Source of the DNA: an uncultured Gemmatimonadales bacterium
Lineage (GTDB): Bacteria > Gemmatimonadota > Gemmatimonadetes > Longimicrobiales > RSA9
Direction: 5' to 3'
Length of the DNA stretch: 64,000 nucleotides
Assembly: GCA_963741945.1 (NCBI GenBank)
Contig: CAVUKA010000004.1
Coordinates: 224,001 to 288,000 of the forward strand
Positions 30,668 through 41,281 of the stretch are shown piece after piece; position 1 is the stretch's first letter; each line of letters opens with the position of its first letter. The position numbers and the translations under genes are program-made. Under the pieces are notes generated by a model. The model worked only from the letters and a program-made list of their open reading frames with translations, ran no database searches and was not told the DNA's origin.

Positions 30668-30997
30668 ATGCGACGACTTCAGCTTCCGCTCCTCCTCGTC
30701 CTCGGCGTCGCGGTCAGCGCCTGCACGCGCGGTGTTACGCTCAATCCAGAGCCGGAGACGATTTACGCGGTCAACGTGACGAACGATCTTGCGGAGCCGA
30801 TGATCGTTTCCTTCGATGACGGCAGCGGCACGCGGCTGCTCGGGACGGTGGCCGCGGGCGGAACGGAGCGATTCGTGCTGGCGGGCGCAGCAAGCCAGAC
30901 CGTCTCGATCATTGCGAGAAACGAGGCCGACACGCGCACGGTCCGACGATCCGTGACCCTGGTACCCGGCGAAACCGTGGCAGTCCGGCTGAACTGA
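30668..30997 (+). CDS. Small hypothetical lipoprotein (beta-rich)
   Basis: AGGAG RBS, lipobox VSAC. Confidence 0.75.
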   Translation: MRRLQLPLLLVLGVAVSACTRGVTLNPEPETIYAVNVTNDLAEPMIVSFDDGSGTRLLGTVAAGGTERFVLAGAASQTVSIIARNEADTRTVRRSVTLVPGETVAVRLN

Positions 30998-31009
30998 AGC
31001 GGTGCTGGA

Positions 31010-31060
31010 CCGGCCACGGCGGCGTGCCCCCAGGGTCCGGGGCTCCGCTCCGGTGGCCGG
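31010..31060. terminator. GC-rich hairpin between convergent genes
   Basis: CCGGCCAC/GTGGCCGG outer arms, GCCCC/GGGGC inner arms; no U-tract. Confidence 0.4.
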
Positions 31061-31062
31061 CG

Positions 31063-32151
31063 TCAGTCGCCGAAAGAAATGCCGAGGTCGCGGGCCGTCT
31101 GCACGATGTCGGAGTCGGGCGGCACGACCTTGATCCGGGCTATGGCTTCCTCGAGCGGCACGGCCCGCACGTCCGGCGGATCCAGGGCGATCATGGTGCC
31201 GTACTTCTTTTGCTCCACGGCCCGGATCGCGGCTGCGCCGAACCGAAGAGCGATCAGGCGGTCATAGGCAATGGGTGAGCCGCCACGCTGCAGGTGGCCG
31301 AGGACCAGCGAGCGCGTCTCCTTCCCTGTCTCGGCGGCCACTTCCGCCGCCACACGCTCCGCCATGCCGCCATAGCGGGCAGCGCGGCCCGGTCGCGCTT
31401 CCTCGAGCAGAGCGGGCTCCCCTTTCGCCGGTCTGGCGCCTTCCGCCACGACGATGATCGAGAAGCGGCGGCCGGTCCGATCCCGCTCCCGGATCTTCTC
31501 GTAGACCCGCTCCATGCGGAACGGGATCTCCGGGATCAGGATCACGTCCGCCGTGGCGCTGACCCCCGCGTAGAGGGCGATCCATCCCGTGTTCCGGCCC
31601 ATGAGCTCGACCACCATGACGCGCTCGTGGCTCTCGGCCGTGGAATGGAGCTTGTCCAGTGCTTCCGATGCGGTCTGGACGGCGGTATGGAACCCGAACG
31701 TGACCTGGGTGGCGGAAAGGTCGTTGTCGATGGTCTTCGGCACGCCCACCACGGGCATCCCCTTCTTCGCGAGCCGGTTCGCTATGTGGAGCGATCCGTC
31801 GCCACCGATGGCGATCAGCGAATCGAAGCCGCGACTGCGGAACGACTCGATGATCTCGTCCGAGCGGTCCACCGTGGTCACCGTTCCGTCCTCGTGCTGC
31901 ACGGGCCATTCGAATGGATTGCCGCGGTTCGTCGTTCCCAGGATGGTCCCGCCCAGGTGAGTGATGCCCCGAACCGTCTCTGAATCCAGGCGGACGATCG
32001 CGTCCTCGCCCAGCAGACCCGCATACCCTTTCCGGATGCCGTGAATCTCCCAGCCGCGATTCAGCGCCGACAGCACCGTCGCCCGGATGACCGCGTTCAG
32101 CCCGGGCGCATCCCCGCCGCCCGTGCTGATCGCCACTCGCCGAAAGCTCAT
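31063..32151 (-). CDS. pfkA: 6-phosphofructokinase
   Basis: GGGDAPGLN, GGTILGT, GGDGS, PKTIDND, MGR, LGHLQRGG. Confidence 0.95.
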   Translation of the reverse strand: MSFRRVAISTGGGDAPGLNAVIRATVLSALNRGWEIHGIRKGYAGLLGEDAIVRLDSETVRGITHLGGTILGTTNRGNPFEWPVQHEDGTVTTVDRSDEIIESFRSRGFDSLIAIGGDGSLHIANRLAKKGMPVVGVPKTIDNDLSATQVTFGFHTAVQTASEALDKLHSTAESHERVMVVELMGRNTGWIALYAGVSATADVILIPEIPFRMERVYEKIRERDRTGRRFSIIVVAEGARPAKGEPALLEEARPGRAARYGGMAERVAAEVAAETGKETRSLVLGHLQRGGSPIAYDRLIALRFGAAAIRAVEQKKYGTMIALDPPDVRAVPLEEAIARIKVVPPDSDIVQTARDLGISFGD

Positions 32152-32167
32152 GCCCCGCCCCTGTCGC

Positions 32168-32392
32168 TCACGTTTCTTCCAGACGCGCCCGCACTTCGTC
32201 CCACTCGGCGTGTCGTCCGGTATGCTTCTTCGAATAGATCAATTTCCCATCTCGACGGACTTCGAACACGCCGCCCCTCGACTCGATCAGCTCGACCGTG
32301 GCGCCGGGGAACGCCTCCGTGATTCGTGCCTCCATCCTGGAGGCTCTCGGGAGATAATTTCACATTCCACAATATTCGATGCTCACGTGCAT
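32168..32392 (-). CDS. SelT/SelW/SelH (Rdx) family selenoprotein, 74 aa, Sec at TGA 32360-32362
   Basis: Read-through gives MHVSIEYCGM-U-NYLPRASRMEARITEAFPGATVELIESRGGVFEVRRDGKLIYSKKHTGRHAEWDEVRARLEET; AGGAG/GAGG RBS. Confidence 0.9.
32328..32344 (-). promoter_or_regulatory. Bacterial SECIS-like apical hairpin
   Basis: mRNA GCCUCCA-GGA-UGGAGGC beginning 15 nt after the in-frame UGA. Confidence 0.7.
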
Positions 32393-32909
32393 GGCCTCTG
32401 CTCCTCTCTCGTGTGGAGGATAGGTTGCCTGTATGGAGCCCGACGAGCAAGAACCGTTCGTCCGCACGCGCCTGACGCTGCGACGCCGCTCATCCACCCT
32501 CCACGGCCATGGTTTCACGTTCGGCGGCGGCGGCGACGACGAGAGTGGAGCCGCGCCGGCGAAGCTCGTCCGGCGTCGCCCGCAACGGGGCCAGAACATT
32601 CGGCTCTCACATCTGCGGCCATCAGGCAGGTGGTCGGGGATGCCGGTGCGGACCCGGCCCGCGGGGGAAGGCTGAAGGCTCCGGCATCAGGGGCCGGGTC
32701 CGTTGGGAGAAGATGGACTGGCCTCGGGGCGGTGGGCAAGTGCTTCGCCGCCATGTTGCAGCCGCGGGACGGCGCGGTAGATTTCACACGGGCGGCCCCC
32801 GCCGCGGGCGCTCGGAGGCCGCAGCGCGGGCGGCCGGTCGAACGGTGAGCGTCCTGCGGGGTACGCCACGATCAAGCATCTGACCATTCACCCGGAAGCC
32901 CTTGCCTGG

Positions 32910-33206
32910 ATGACTGACGAGAAGACGGTGATGAAGGCGCTCCGAAACGTGAAGGACCCGGAGCTCAACCTGGACCTCGTGGTCCTCGGCCTGATCTACG
33001 GTGTGGACGTACACGGGGACCACGTGCACGTTCGCATGTCCCTCACGACTCCCATGTGTCCTGCTGCCGACCAGATCCTGATGGACGCGAAGCGCGAGGT
33101 GGAAGCGCTCGAGGGGGTCGACTACGCGGAAGTGGAGCTCACGTTCGACCCGCCGTGGAGCCCCGAGAAGATGGACCCGCTCATCCGCGCCTCCCTCGGT
33201 CTCTGA
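32910..33206 (+). CDS. sufT: Metal-sulfur cluster assembly factor (DUF59/SufT)
   Basis: DPEL, LGLIY, TTPMCP, FDPPW. Confidence 0.88.
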   Translation: MTDEKTVMKALRNVKDPELNLDLVVLGLIYGVDVHGDHVHVRMSLTTPMCPAADQILMDAKREVEALEGVDYAEVELTFDPPWSPEKMDPLIRASLGL

Positions 33207-33214
33207 CCAGCCCG

Positions 33215-34060
33215 ATGGTGCGGCTGCGGTTCTCGGATGCGGGGCCCCGGGAAGCCACGCGGGGGACCGTCGTGTTCATCCACGGCTTCCCCTTCGACGG
33301 AACGGTGTGGGAGCACCAGCTCGCCGCACCCCCCGAGGGCTGGCGCGCCCTGGCGCCGGACCTCCGCGGCTTCGGCGGCACCTCAATGGGCGATTTCCCG
33401 GACGAGGTGTCGTCCGGACGAAAGGCGGGCGGCGGTATTGCACGCTCGGAGGAGAGCGTGCTCACCATGGACCGCCTCGCCGACGACGTGGCCGCGCTGA
33501 TCGATGCTGAGGTGGGCGGCCCCGCAGTGATCTGCGGGCTATCCATGGGCGGGTACGTGGCCTTCTCCCTGTGGCGACGACGCCCCGATCTCGTCCGCGC
33601 CCTCGTCCTCGCCGACACCCGGCCGGAAGCCGATTCCGACGAGGGGCGGGAGAACCGCCGGCGGACCGCCCAGGTCGTGCGCGCCTCCGGCTCCCGACCG
33701 CTCGCCGCAGGGATGCTGGGCAGTCTCCTCGCCCCCGCAACGCTGAGCGGCGACCCCGAAACGACCGGGCACGTGGAGCGGATGATCGTGGGCACGGCGC
33801 CGGCCACGCTGATCGCAGCGCTGGCCGGGATGGCCGCCCGCCGCGACAGCACCGCCGAGCTCCCGGGCATCTCCGTGCCCACGCTCGTGATCGTGGGCGA
33901 ACACGATGCCATCACGCCACCCGAAGTGGCACACGCCATGGCGGAGGCGATCCCCGGCGCGAAGCTCGAAACCATTCCCGGCGCGGCGCACCTGGCGTGC
34001 ATGGAAGCGCCGGACGCCTTCAACCAGGCGCTCGCGGACTTTCTCGTCGATCTGCCCTGA
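33215..34060 (+). CDS. Alpha/beta fold hydrolase
   Basis: HGFP, PDLRGFG, GLSMGG, GEHD, AHL. Confidence 0.9.
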   Translation: MVRLRFSDAGPREATRGTVVFIHGFPFDGTVWEHQLAAPPEGWRALAPDLRGFGGTSMGDFPDEVSSGRKAGGGIARSEESVLTMDRLADDVAALIDAEVGGPAVICGLSMGGYVAFSLWRRRPDLVRALVLADTRPEADSDEGRENRRRTAQVVRASGSRPLAAGMLGSLLAPATLSGDPETTGHVERMIVGTAPATLIAALAGMAARRDSTAELPGISVPTLVIVGEHDAITPPEVAHAMAEAIPGAKLETIPGAAHLACMEAPDAFNQALADFLVDLP

Positions 34061-34071
34061 GCGGCTCGCCG

Positions 34072-36588
34072 CTACTCGTCGTCTTCCGCTGCCGCCACCA
34101 GCTCGAGCTGCTCGTCGGTGTCGCCGCGCTCCGCCCCTTCCTGCCTGCGCTCCGACTCCCGCTCTGAAGCCACCCGGCTGATTTCCACGATCCGATCCCC
34201 CGTCTTCACATTCACCAGGAGCTTGCCCTGCGTGGCCCGGCCCTGCACGGGGACCTGCGCGGCTGCGAGGCGCCCGGCCTGCCCGCCCGCGGTGATCACC
34301 ATCAGCTCGTCACCCTCGAGCATCTCCTTGGCGCCCACGAGCGGGCCCGTCCGGTCGCTCACGCTCAGCGCCGCCATCCCCTGACCACCGCGCCCCTGGA
34401 CGCGGAAATCCCCGATCGGGGTACGCTTCCCGAAGCCATTGGCGGTCACGCACGCCAGCGTGGCGTCGCGCCGGACCACCACCATGCCCACGACGACGTC
34501 GCCCTTCTTCATCCGGACGCCGATCACGCCCTGCGCGTTCCGCCCCACTTCCGGCACATCGGTCTCGGGGAATCGGATCGCGCGGCCGCCCGCCGTGACC
34601 AGCACCACATCGTTGATGCCCTCGCTCACCCGCACGTCCAGCAGCTCGTCCCCGTCCTTCAGGTTGATGGCATTGATGCCGCCGGCCCGTACGTTGGCGA
34701 ACTCGGCCAGCGGTGTTCGCTTCACGATGCCGCCCCGGGTCAGGAACACCAGGTCGATCTCGGCTTCGTACTCGTTCACGGGCAGGAGCGCGGCCACCCG
34801 CATGTCGGCCTGGAAGCCGAGGAGCTGGTTGAGCGCGCGGCCGCGCGATGCCCGGCCGCCTTCCGGGAGGTCCAGCACTGCGATCTCGTACGCCTGTCCG
34901 TCCGCCGTGACCACGAGCACGGCATCATGGGTGCTGGCGATGAAGACGTGCTCGAGGAAGTCGTCCTCGTACTTCTCCATCCCGGCCAGCGCCTTCCCGC
35001 TGGTGACCCGACGCCGGTAGAGCGAGACGGGCATCCGGTTGATGTAGCCCTCGTGCGACACGGTGATGACCACGTCCTCCTGCGCCACCATGTCCTCCAT
35101 CTTGAACTCCGCGTCGCCCTCCAGGATGGTGGTGCGGCGGCCATCCCCGTACTTCTCCACGACCTCCGCCGTCTCCGCCAGCAGCACCGCCGCCTGCTTC
35201 TCGTCGGAGTCCAGCAGATCGTACAGCTCCCGGATCTGCTTCTTCAGCTCCTTCAGCCGGGCCCGCAACTCCCGCGTCTCCAGCTCGGTGAGCCGATGGA
35301 GGCGCATGTTCAGAATGGCGTCCGCCTGGATGTGCGAGAGCTCGAATCGTGCCTGCAGCCGCTCGCTCGCCTGCTCCTTCCCCTTCGAGTCCCGGATGAT
35401 GCGGATCACCTCGTCGATATTGTCGAGCGCGGTGATCAGCCCCTCGGTGATGTGCGCTTCCGCCTTCGCCTGCTCCAGCTCGTACGCCGCCCGCCGCTGG
35501 ATGACCTCGATGCGGTGCTCGCGAAACTTCTCGAGCAGCTCCTTGAGGTTCATCTCCCGCGGCACGCCGTGATCCAGCGCCAGCATGATGGCGCCGAACG
35601 TGGCCTGCATGTACGTCTTCTTGTACAGCTTGTTGAGGACCGGCTTCACCTTCGCGCCGCGCTTCAGCTCGATCACGATGCGCATGCCGTCCCGGTCACT
35701 CTCATCCCGCAGGTCGCTCACGTCATCCAGCTTCTTCTGCCGGACGAGGTCGGCCACCTGCTCGATCACTTTCGACTTGCTCACGCCGTACGGCAGCTCC
35801 GTGACCACCAGCTGCTCTTTTCCCCCGCGCTTCGCCTCGCGCACGACCCGGGCACGCATGGTCATCCGACCGCGCCCGGTGCGGTACGCTTCCAGGATCC
35901 CCTCCGTGCCGATGATGAAGCCGCCCGTGGGGAAGTCCGGCCCGGGGATGTGGGCGATGAGGTCGTCCACGGTGCAGTCGGGCTGCTCCACCAGGTGGCG
36001 GAGCGCGGCCGCCACTTCCCGCAGGCTGTGCGGCGGCACGTTGGTGGCCATGCCCACCGCGATGCCGGACGACCCGTTGATCAGCAGGTTCGGCAGCTTC
36101 GATGGCAGCACCACGGGCTCATCGCGCTGGTCGTCGAACGTGCGGGCGAAGTCGACGGTGTCCTTGTCGAGGTCGGTCAGGAGGTCCGTGGCCAGCGCCT
36201 GCAGGCGCGCTTCCGTGTAGCGGTAGGCCGCCGCGTTGTCGCCATCGATGGAGCCGAAGTTCCCCTGCCCGTCCACCAGCGGGTAGCGCAGCGAGAACTC
36301 CTGGACCATCCGGACCATGGCGTCGTACACCGCGCTGTCCCCGTGCGGGTGGTACTTCCCCAGGACCTCGCCCACCACGCTTGCGGACTTCTTGTACGGG
36401 CGTCCGGGGTTCAGTCCCAGGTCGCTCATGGCGTACAGGATGCGCCGGTGCACCGGCTTCAGCCCATCCCGCACATCCGGCAGCGCCCGCTGCACGATCA
36501 CGCTCATTGAATAGTCGAGGAAGGACTCCCGCATCTCCTCCTCGATGAGTCGCGGCACCACACGCTCACGCCGCTGCGGCATCACCAT
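34072..36588 (-). CDS. Type IIA topoisomerase subunit A (GyrA/ParC family; GyrA-box degenerate)
   Basis: [30 protein letters not shown], beta-pinwheel C-terminal repeats. Confidence 0.93.
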   Translation of the reverse strand: MVMPQRRERVVPRLIEEEMRESFLDYSMSVIVQRALPDVRDGLKPVHRRILYAMSDLGLNPGRPYKKSASVVGEVLGKYHPHGDSAVYDAMVRMVQEFSLRYPLVDGQGNFGSIDGDNAAAYRYTEARLQALATDLLTDLDKDTVDFARTFDDQRDEPVVLPSKLPNLLINGSSGIAVGMATNVPPHSLREVAAALRHLVEQPDCTVDDLIAHIPGPDFPTGGFIIGTEGILEAYRTGRGRMTMRARVVREAKRGGKEQLVVTELPYGVSKSKVIEQVADLVRQKKLDDVSDLRDESDRDGMRIVIELKRGAKVKPVLNKLYKKTYMQATFGAIMLALDHGVPREMNLKELLEKFREHRIEVIQRRAAYELEQAKAEAHITEGLITALDNIDEVIRIIRDSKGKEQASERLQARFELSHIQADAILNMRLHRLTELETRELRARLKELKKQIRELYDLLDSDEKQAAVLLAETAEVVEKYGDGRRTTILEGDAEFKMEDMVAQEDVVITVSHEGYINRMPVSLYRRRVTSGKALAGMEKYEDDFLEHVFIASTHDAVLVVTADGQAYEIAVLDLPEGGRASRGRALNQLLGFQADMRVAALLPVNEYEAEIDLVFLTRGGIVKRTPLAEFANVRAGGINAINLKDGDELLDVRVSEGINDVVLVTAGGRAIRFPETDVPEVGRNAQGVIGVRMKKGDVVVGMVVVRRDATLACVTANGFGKRTPIGDFRVQGRGGQGMAALSVSDRTGPLVGAKEMLEGDELMVITAGGQAGRLAAAQVPVQGRATQGKLLVNVKTGDRIVEISRVASERESERRQEGAERGDTDEQLELVAAAEDDE

Positions 36589-36780
36589 CTAGGCTCTCCG
36601 TCCACTACAGGTTGGGGATCTCGCGCCCGGGTTCCCCAATCTGTGGGATGGCGATGCTTTCGTCGAGCCGCGGCCTTCCCGCTGATTTTCGGAGAATCGC
36701 CGCATGCCCGGCCATGGGAGGGGCGCGACCGGAGCGGCGAGGAGGAGCCGCCGCTCGTGAACGTGTGGCGGCAAATCGAG

Positions 36781-37707
36781 CTATCGCCGCACCACCTGCC
36801 TGGCCACGAACCAGAGGTTGGCCGGTCGCTCCGCCAGGCGCCGCACGTACCAGGGGTACCAGCGCTCGCCGTAGGAGATCAGCACGCGCACCACCTCGCC
36901 CTCCCCGGCCAGGCGCTGCTGGAGATCGGCCCGGATACCGTACAGCATGTGGAACTCGATCTGACCGGGACGCAGGCCGCGCGCCCGCGCGGACTGGCGG
37001 AGTCGTCCGATCAGCCCGGCATCGTGGGTGCCGAACACGGGAGCGGCAGCCTCGATGTAGTCCCGGTCCTCGATCATGCGCGCGGCCAGGTCGTGAAAGC
37101 GCCGGTCGACCTCCTTCTTCCGGGGGATGGCCACATCGGGCCGCTCCCGGTACGCGCCTTTCACGAGGCGCACGCGGATGGCGGCGCGGCGGAGCCGATC
37201 CAGGTCGGCCGGGGTCCGGTGGAGGTAGGCCTGCAGGCAAACGCCCACGCCCGGCGACTCCTGCCCGACCGCAGTCACGAGATCGAGCGTGCGGTCCACG
37301 TAGGAGCTGTCCTCCATGTCGACCCAGATCGTGCTGCCCATCTCCCCCGCCCTGCGCACCAGCCGCTCCAGGTTCCGGAGCGCAACGTCCTCCCCGAGGT
37401 CCAGCCCGAGGTGTGTCGGCTTCACCGAAACCTGCCCGGGGATGTCGAGCTCCGCGGCACGGGCCAGCACCTGCTCGTAATGCGACGCCGTGCCGGCCGC
37501 CTCCCCGGGCGTCCTCACGTTCTCCCCCAGCTGGGTGAAAACGGCCCCGATTCCGCTCCGCCCCAGCGTCGCCGCCGCCGCCACCGCGTCATCCAGCGCT
37601 TCACCGGGCATGAACCGGCGCACCGCCCGGCGGGCGAAAGCCCGCTGCGTGGCGAAGCGCTCCAGCGCCGCCGACCGGGACATGCTCAGCAGGACGGATC
37701 GGATCAT
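36781..37707 (-). CDS. Monofunctional proline dehydrogenase
   Basis: LGEN, DMED, QAYLHRT, RLVKGAY, THD, MLYGIR, RRLAERPAN. Confidence 0.92.
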   Translation of the reverse strand: MIRSVLLSMSRSAALERFATQRAFARRAVRRFMPGEALDDAVAAAATLGRSGIGAVFTQLGENVRTPGEAAGTASHYEQVLARAAELDIPGQVSVKPTHLGLDLGEDVALRNLERLVRRAGEMGSTIWVDMEDSSYVDRTLDLVTAVGQESPGVGVCLQAYLHRTPADLDRLRRAAIRVRLVKGAYRERPDVAIPRKKEVDRRFHDLAARMIEDRDYIEAAAPVFGTHDAGLIGRLRQSARARGLRPGQIEFHMLYGIRADLQQRLAGEGEVVRVLISYGERWYPWYVRRLAERPANLWFVARQVVRR

Positions 37708-37895
37708 GGGGGGCGTGCTCCTGCGTGGGTTCGGGTCTGAACCGGCGTGGCGGCGTGCGCCGGGCAAGGATCGTCGGCAGTCCGGCCGCCCATGGTTTTA
37801 CCGCCGGCGCGAACGGGGTGTCAAGCCGGCGACGGCCGCCGGGTCGTCCTGTTCCGCTATTCCGCTGCCCCGGTCTGCTGGCGGTATTCGGCCCC

Positions 37896-40454
37896 ATGGC
37901 GGACGCGACGAATCTGCGACGGCGGGCGGAGGCCTCGGCGACCTGGACCGGGCTGGTCGGCCTGCTCCGAGAGCTGGGCCTCGAGGGAGAAGCGGACGTG
38001 GTGCCGCACGGCGCCTGGCCCGCCTGGGGGCTTGCAGCACCGGGCGACGTCGAGTGCCTGGTCATCGCGGGTCATGCCGGCACGCTCACCGGCCTCGTGC
38101 TCCAGCTCGGGGCGAGTGCCACCGCGAACACGATCGTGCAGATCGCTCGTGGGATCCGGCGTCGCAATCCGGCGAAGCTCTACCTCTTCGCGTTCGCGGA
38201 CGCGGCAGCCGGGCAGGTCACGGTCGGTACGTTCGCCTCGGACGCCGAGTTCCGGTACCTCCGCTTCGAGCCCGCGCGGGTCCTGGCCTCCGATGTGGAC
38301 GCGCTCCAGGAGATGATGGCGGGGCAGGGCGAGACCGGTCTCGAGCTCGCGCTCCGCCACGCCAGGGCCCTCGATCGATCCCGTATCACCCGGCGGTTCT
38401 TCGACCAGTTCCGCGCGCGGCGGGATGCGCTATCGAGGGCGTGGACCGGAATCCCGGCCAGCGCCGGGCGCGAGCGGGCCGAGCTGTCGCTCCTGCTCCT
38501 GAGTCGCCTGACCTTCCTCTACTTCCTGCAGCGCAGGGGTGCGCTGGCCGGCGACGACCGTTACCTGCCCCACCTCTTCGGCGCGTGGTGCGATGGCCCG
38601 CCGGAGCCGGGCAGCTCGTTCTATCGGGCCAGGCTGCGGCCCCTCTTCTTCGGCGCGCTCAACCGCAGGCTGGAAGACAGGGAGCCGCAGGCGCTCGACC
38701 TCGGCGCCCTGCCGTACCTGAACGGCGGCCTGTTCGAGCCGCACGCACACGAGCGAGCGTTCCCCGACCTCGACCTCCCGGACCGCGAAGTGCTCTCGGT
38801 CCTCGACGATCTCCTCGAGCGATACCGCTTCACGTCCCGCGAAGCGGGCACGAACGCCGGCTTCGGCGTGGACCCGGAAGTGCTCGGGCGCGTGTTCGAA
38901 GGCCTCATGGACCCGGATCGCCGCGACGAGACCGGCAGCTATTACACGCCCGCGCCCGTGGTGCACCGGATCGTGCGGGAAGCCTTGAAGGAGTACGTCG
39001 CCGCCCACGTGCCCGGTGTCCAGCCGGGGCCGCTGCTCGATGGTCGGGTCGGGCAGCTGGACCCGGCCACGCGCTACCGGACACGCGAGACGCTGCAGCG
39101 GGTGCGCATCCTGGACCCCGCGTGCGGCTCGGGCGCATTCCTGGTGGGCGCGCTCCACTCCCTCGCGAGCGCGCTGGGGGCCGTGACCGATGGCGAGACC
39201 CACGCCCTGCGGCAGAAGATCGTCGCCCGCTCCCTCCACGGCGTCGACCTGCTGGATGACGCGGCGCTCCTCTGTTCGTTGCGGCTCTGGCTCGCCCTGG
39301 CCGAGGACGGGAACGAGATCCGGCCACTGCCGAACCTCGACCACCGGATCCGCCAGGGCGACGCCCTGCTCGACCCCCTGGACCTCGCCGCCACCCGGCT
39401 GCCACCGCACCAGCCGTGGCACCCCGCCGCCGATCCCGACCTGCGCCGCGCGCTCCGCGCCGTCCCCGCCGCCGCCGTCGGCTACACGAACTCGGAGCCA
39501 GCCGGGCGCGCCGCCGCCCGGCAGCAGCTGGCCAATGCCGAGTCCGTGCTGGCCCGACACTGGGTCCGCGCGCTCTCCACCCGACAGCGGGAGTGGATCC
39601 GCCACTTCCGGGCAGCCGCCGCCGACCGGGACCTGTTCGGCGAAAGGCCCCGCAGCGCCCGCACCGCGGAAGCGGCATGCAAACAGGCCCAGGCACGTCT
39701 CGGGGAGCTGGAAGCCGTCGCTCGACAGATCAAGGAGAGCGGCGCGCTGCCGTTCTTCAGCTTCGGCGTCCACTTCGCGGCCGCGGAGCGCGGGTTCGAC
39801 ATCATCCTCTCCAATCCGCCATGGGTCCGGTCGCACCGCTGGCCCCAGCGGCTCAGGAGCATCGCCGCGGAACGCTTCGAGGTCTGCCGGCATTCCGGCT
39901 GGCCGGCCGCGGCTCGCCTCACCGGCGTGCCCGCCGGTACCGGCTCTCAGGTGGACCTTTCGCTCCTCTTCGTCGAACGCGCCATACGCCTCCTCGCGCC
40001 GGGCGGGGTCCTGGCGGTGCTCGTTCCCGCCAAGGCACTGCGCGCGCTCTACGGCGGCGGGCTTCGACGTATCATGTTGCGGGACCTGGAGTTCGCTCTC
40101 ATCGAGGACCACTCGCTCGATCCACACGCCATGTTCCGGGCCGATACCTTCCCGGCCATTTTCGTGGCGCGTCGGCCAGGCGACCCCGGGAGTGACCCCG
40201 GGAGCGACGTCAAGGGAACAGCGGCATCGGCGGTGCAGAAGCGGCTGGTCCGGCCGTCCGCGTCCGCCTGGCGCGGCGGGGCTCCTCTCCGCTGGAGTTC
40301 ACGGTCAGGGACGTGGATCTCCCGCTGTTTCCCGGTGATCCCGCATCTCCATGGCTGCTCGCCCCGCCGGATGTGGTGGCAACGATCCGGGGCATGCAGC
40401 GGGCGGGCGCGCCTCTGGGTGACAGCGCCCGTCCGCGGGTTCACCGCGGCATGA
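37896..40454 (+). CDS. Eco57I/Type IIG-like N6-adenine DNA methyltransferase, N-terminal and catalytic part (frame break near 40196-40260)
   Basis: ITRRFFDQF, YLNGGLF, GRVFEGLM, GSYYTP, LDPACGSGAF, FDIILSNPPW. Confidence 0.88.
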   Translation: MADATNLRRRAEASATWTGLVGLLRELGLEGEADVVPHGAWPAWGLAAPGDVECLVIAGHAGTLTGLVLQLGASATANTIVQIARGIRRRNPAKLYLFAFADAAAGQVTVGTFASDAEFRYLRFEPARVLASDVDALQEMMAGQGETGLELALRHARALDRSRITRRFFDQFRARRDALSRAWTGIPASAGRERAELSLLLLSRLTFLYFLQRRGALAGDDRYLPHLFGAWCDGPPEPGSSFYRARLRPLFFGALNRRLEDREPQALDLGALPYLNGGLFEPHAHERAFPDLDLPDREVLSVLDDLLERYRFTSREAGTNAGFGVDPEVLGRVFEGLMDPDRRDETGSYYTPAPVVHRIVREALKEYVAAHVPGVQPGPLLDGRVGQLDPATRYRTRETLQRVRILDPACGSGAFLVGALHSLASALGAVTDGETHALRQKIVARSLHGVDLLDDAALLCSLRLWLALAEDGNEIRPLPNLDHRIRQGDALLDPLDLAATRLPPHQPWHPAADPDLRRALRAVPAAAVGYTNSEPAGRAAARQQLANAESVLARHWVRALSTRQREWIRHFRAAAADRDLFGERPRSARTAEAACKQAQARLGELEAVARQIKESGALPFFSFGVHFAAAERGFDIILSNPPWVRSHRWPQRLRSIAAERFEVCRHSGWPAAARLTGVPAGTGSQVDLSLLFVERAIRLLAPGGVLAVLVPAKALRALYGGGLRRIMLRDLEFALIEDHSLDPHAMFRADTFPAIFVARRPGDPGSDPGSDVKGTAASAVQKRLVRPSASAWRGGAPLRWSSRSGTWISRCFPVIPHLHGCSPRRMWWQRSGACSGRARLWVTAPVRGFTAA

Positions 40455-41281
40455 TGACCGGTGCGAACGAGATCCTGCTGTTCTCCCGTGTCGAGCCGCT
40501 GCTGGGCGGGCTGTCTCGGGCGGAAGCGGAGGGCTTCCGCAGGGCGCGTCGCGATGGGTCCGGCGCGGGCGGCGCGAGCCCCTTCCGTGCGTACGTGGAG
40601 ACGTCATCGCTGCGGCCGCTCATCCGGGGTTGCGACATCGATGCATTCCATTATCGGACCTCGAGTTACACGGCCTGGTGCCACGACAGCTCCGGTGCCC
40701 CCGTGGCGCCGCCGCCGCGCATGGCGCGCTATCTGGCGCGACACCGCGCGGCGCTGGAGGCGCGGCCCGGTTGGAACCCAGGGCTGCCGCTCGGCGCCGT
40801 GTTCCGGCTGTCGGCCGCCACACTCGGCCCGAAGGTGGCGTGGCACGACCTTTCGGACACGCTTCGCGCCGTGGCGCTGCCCGGGAGCACGGCGTTCGGC
40901 GGGCGCCCGCGGGAGCTGGTCCCGCTCAACACGGTCTACTTCCTCCCGGCGCCAGAGCGGGACGGAGGGATGGCGCTGGCGGGCCTTCTGAACTCACTGC
41001 CCGTGCGGACGTTTGCCCGGGCCATCGCGGAGCGTGCCAAGGATGCCCGCTTCCGCTTTTTCGCCTGGACGGTGGCGTCCGTTCCGCTGCCACACGCGTG
41101 GGAGCGCTCGCGCGCCGGCCGGGAGATTCGCCTTCTGTCGCGGGCCGCGCACGAGGGCGGCGGGTTGGACCCGGCCGGCCAGGCGTCGCTCGATCAGGCT
41201 GCCGCGGCGGTGTACGGTCTCGGGACTGCAGAGATGGAGGCGCTGGAGCGGTTCGATCGCTGGCTGCGAGGCAGGCCATGA
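40313..41281 (+). CDS. C-terminal (target-recognition-like) part of the MTase in the -1 frame
   Basis: RGMMTGANEI, LRPLIRGCDI, KVAW, LNTVYF, LLNS; frame open from 40196. Confidence 0.75.
   Translation: MDLPLFPGDPASPWLLAPPDVVATIRGMQRAGAPLGDSARPRVHRGMMTGANEILLFSRVEPLLGGLSRAEAEGFRRARRDGSGAGGASPFRAYVETSSLRPLIRGCDIDAFHYRTSSYTAWCHDSSGAPVAPPPRMARYLARHRAALEARPGWNPGLPLGAVFRLSAATLGPKVAWHDLSDTLRAVALPGSTAFGGRPRELVPLNTVYFLPAPERDGGMALAGLLNSLPVRTFARAIAERAKDARFRFFAWTVASVPLPHAWERSRAGREIRLLSRAAHEGGGLDPAGQASLDQAAAAVYGLGTAEMEALERFDRWLRGRP

Noticed and set aside
32433-32675. 80-aa ORF divergent from the selenoprotein
   Set aside because: GGAGG is far from the ATG, there is no motif, the sequence is low-complexity, and only 40 nt remain for two promoters.
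40205-40225. Programmed -1 ribosomal frameshift at AAGGGAAC
   Set aside because: Does not fit the X XXY YYZ slippery pattern in the reading frame.
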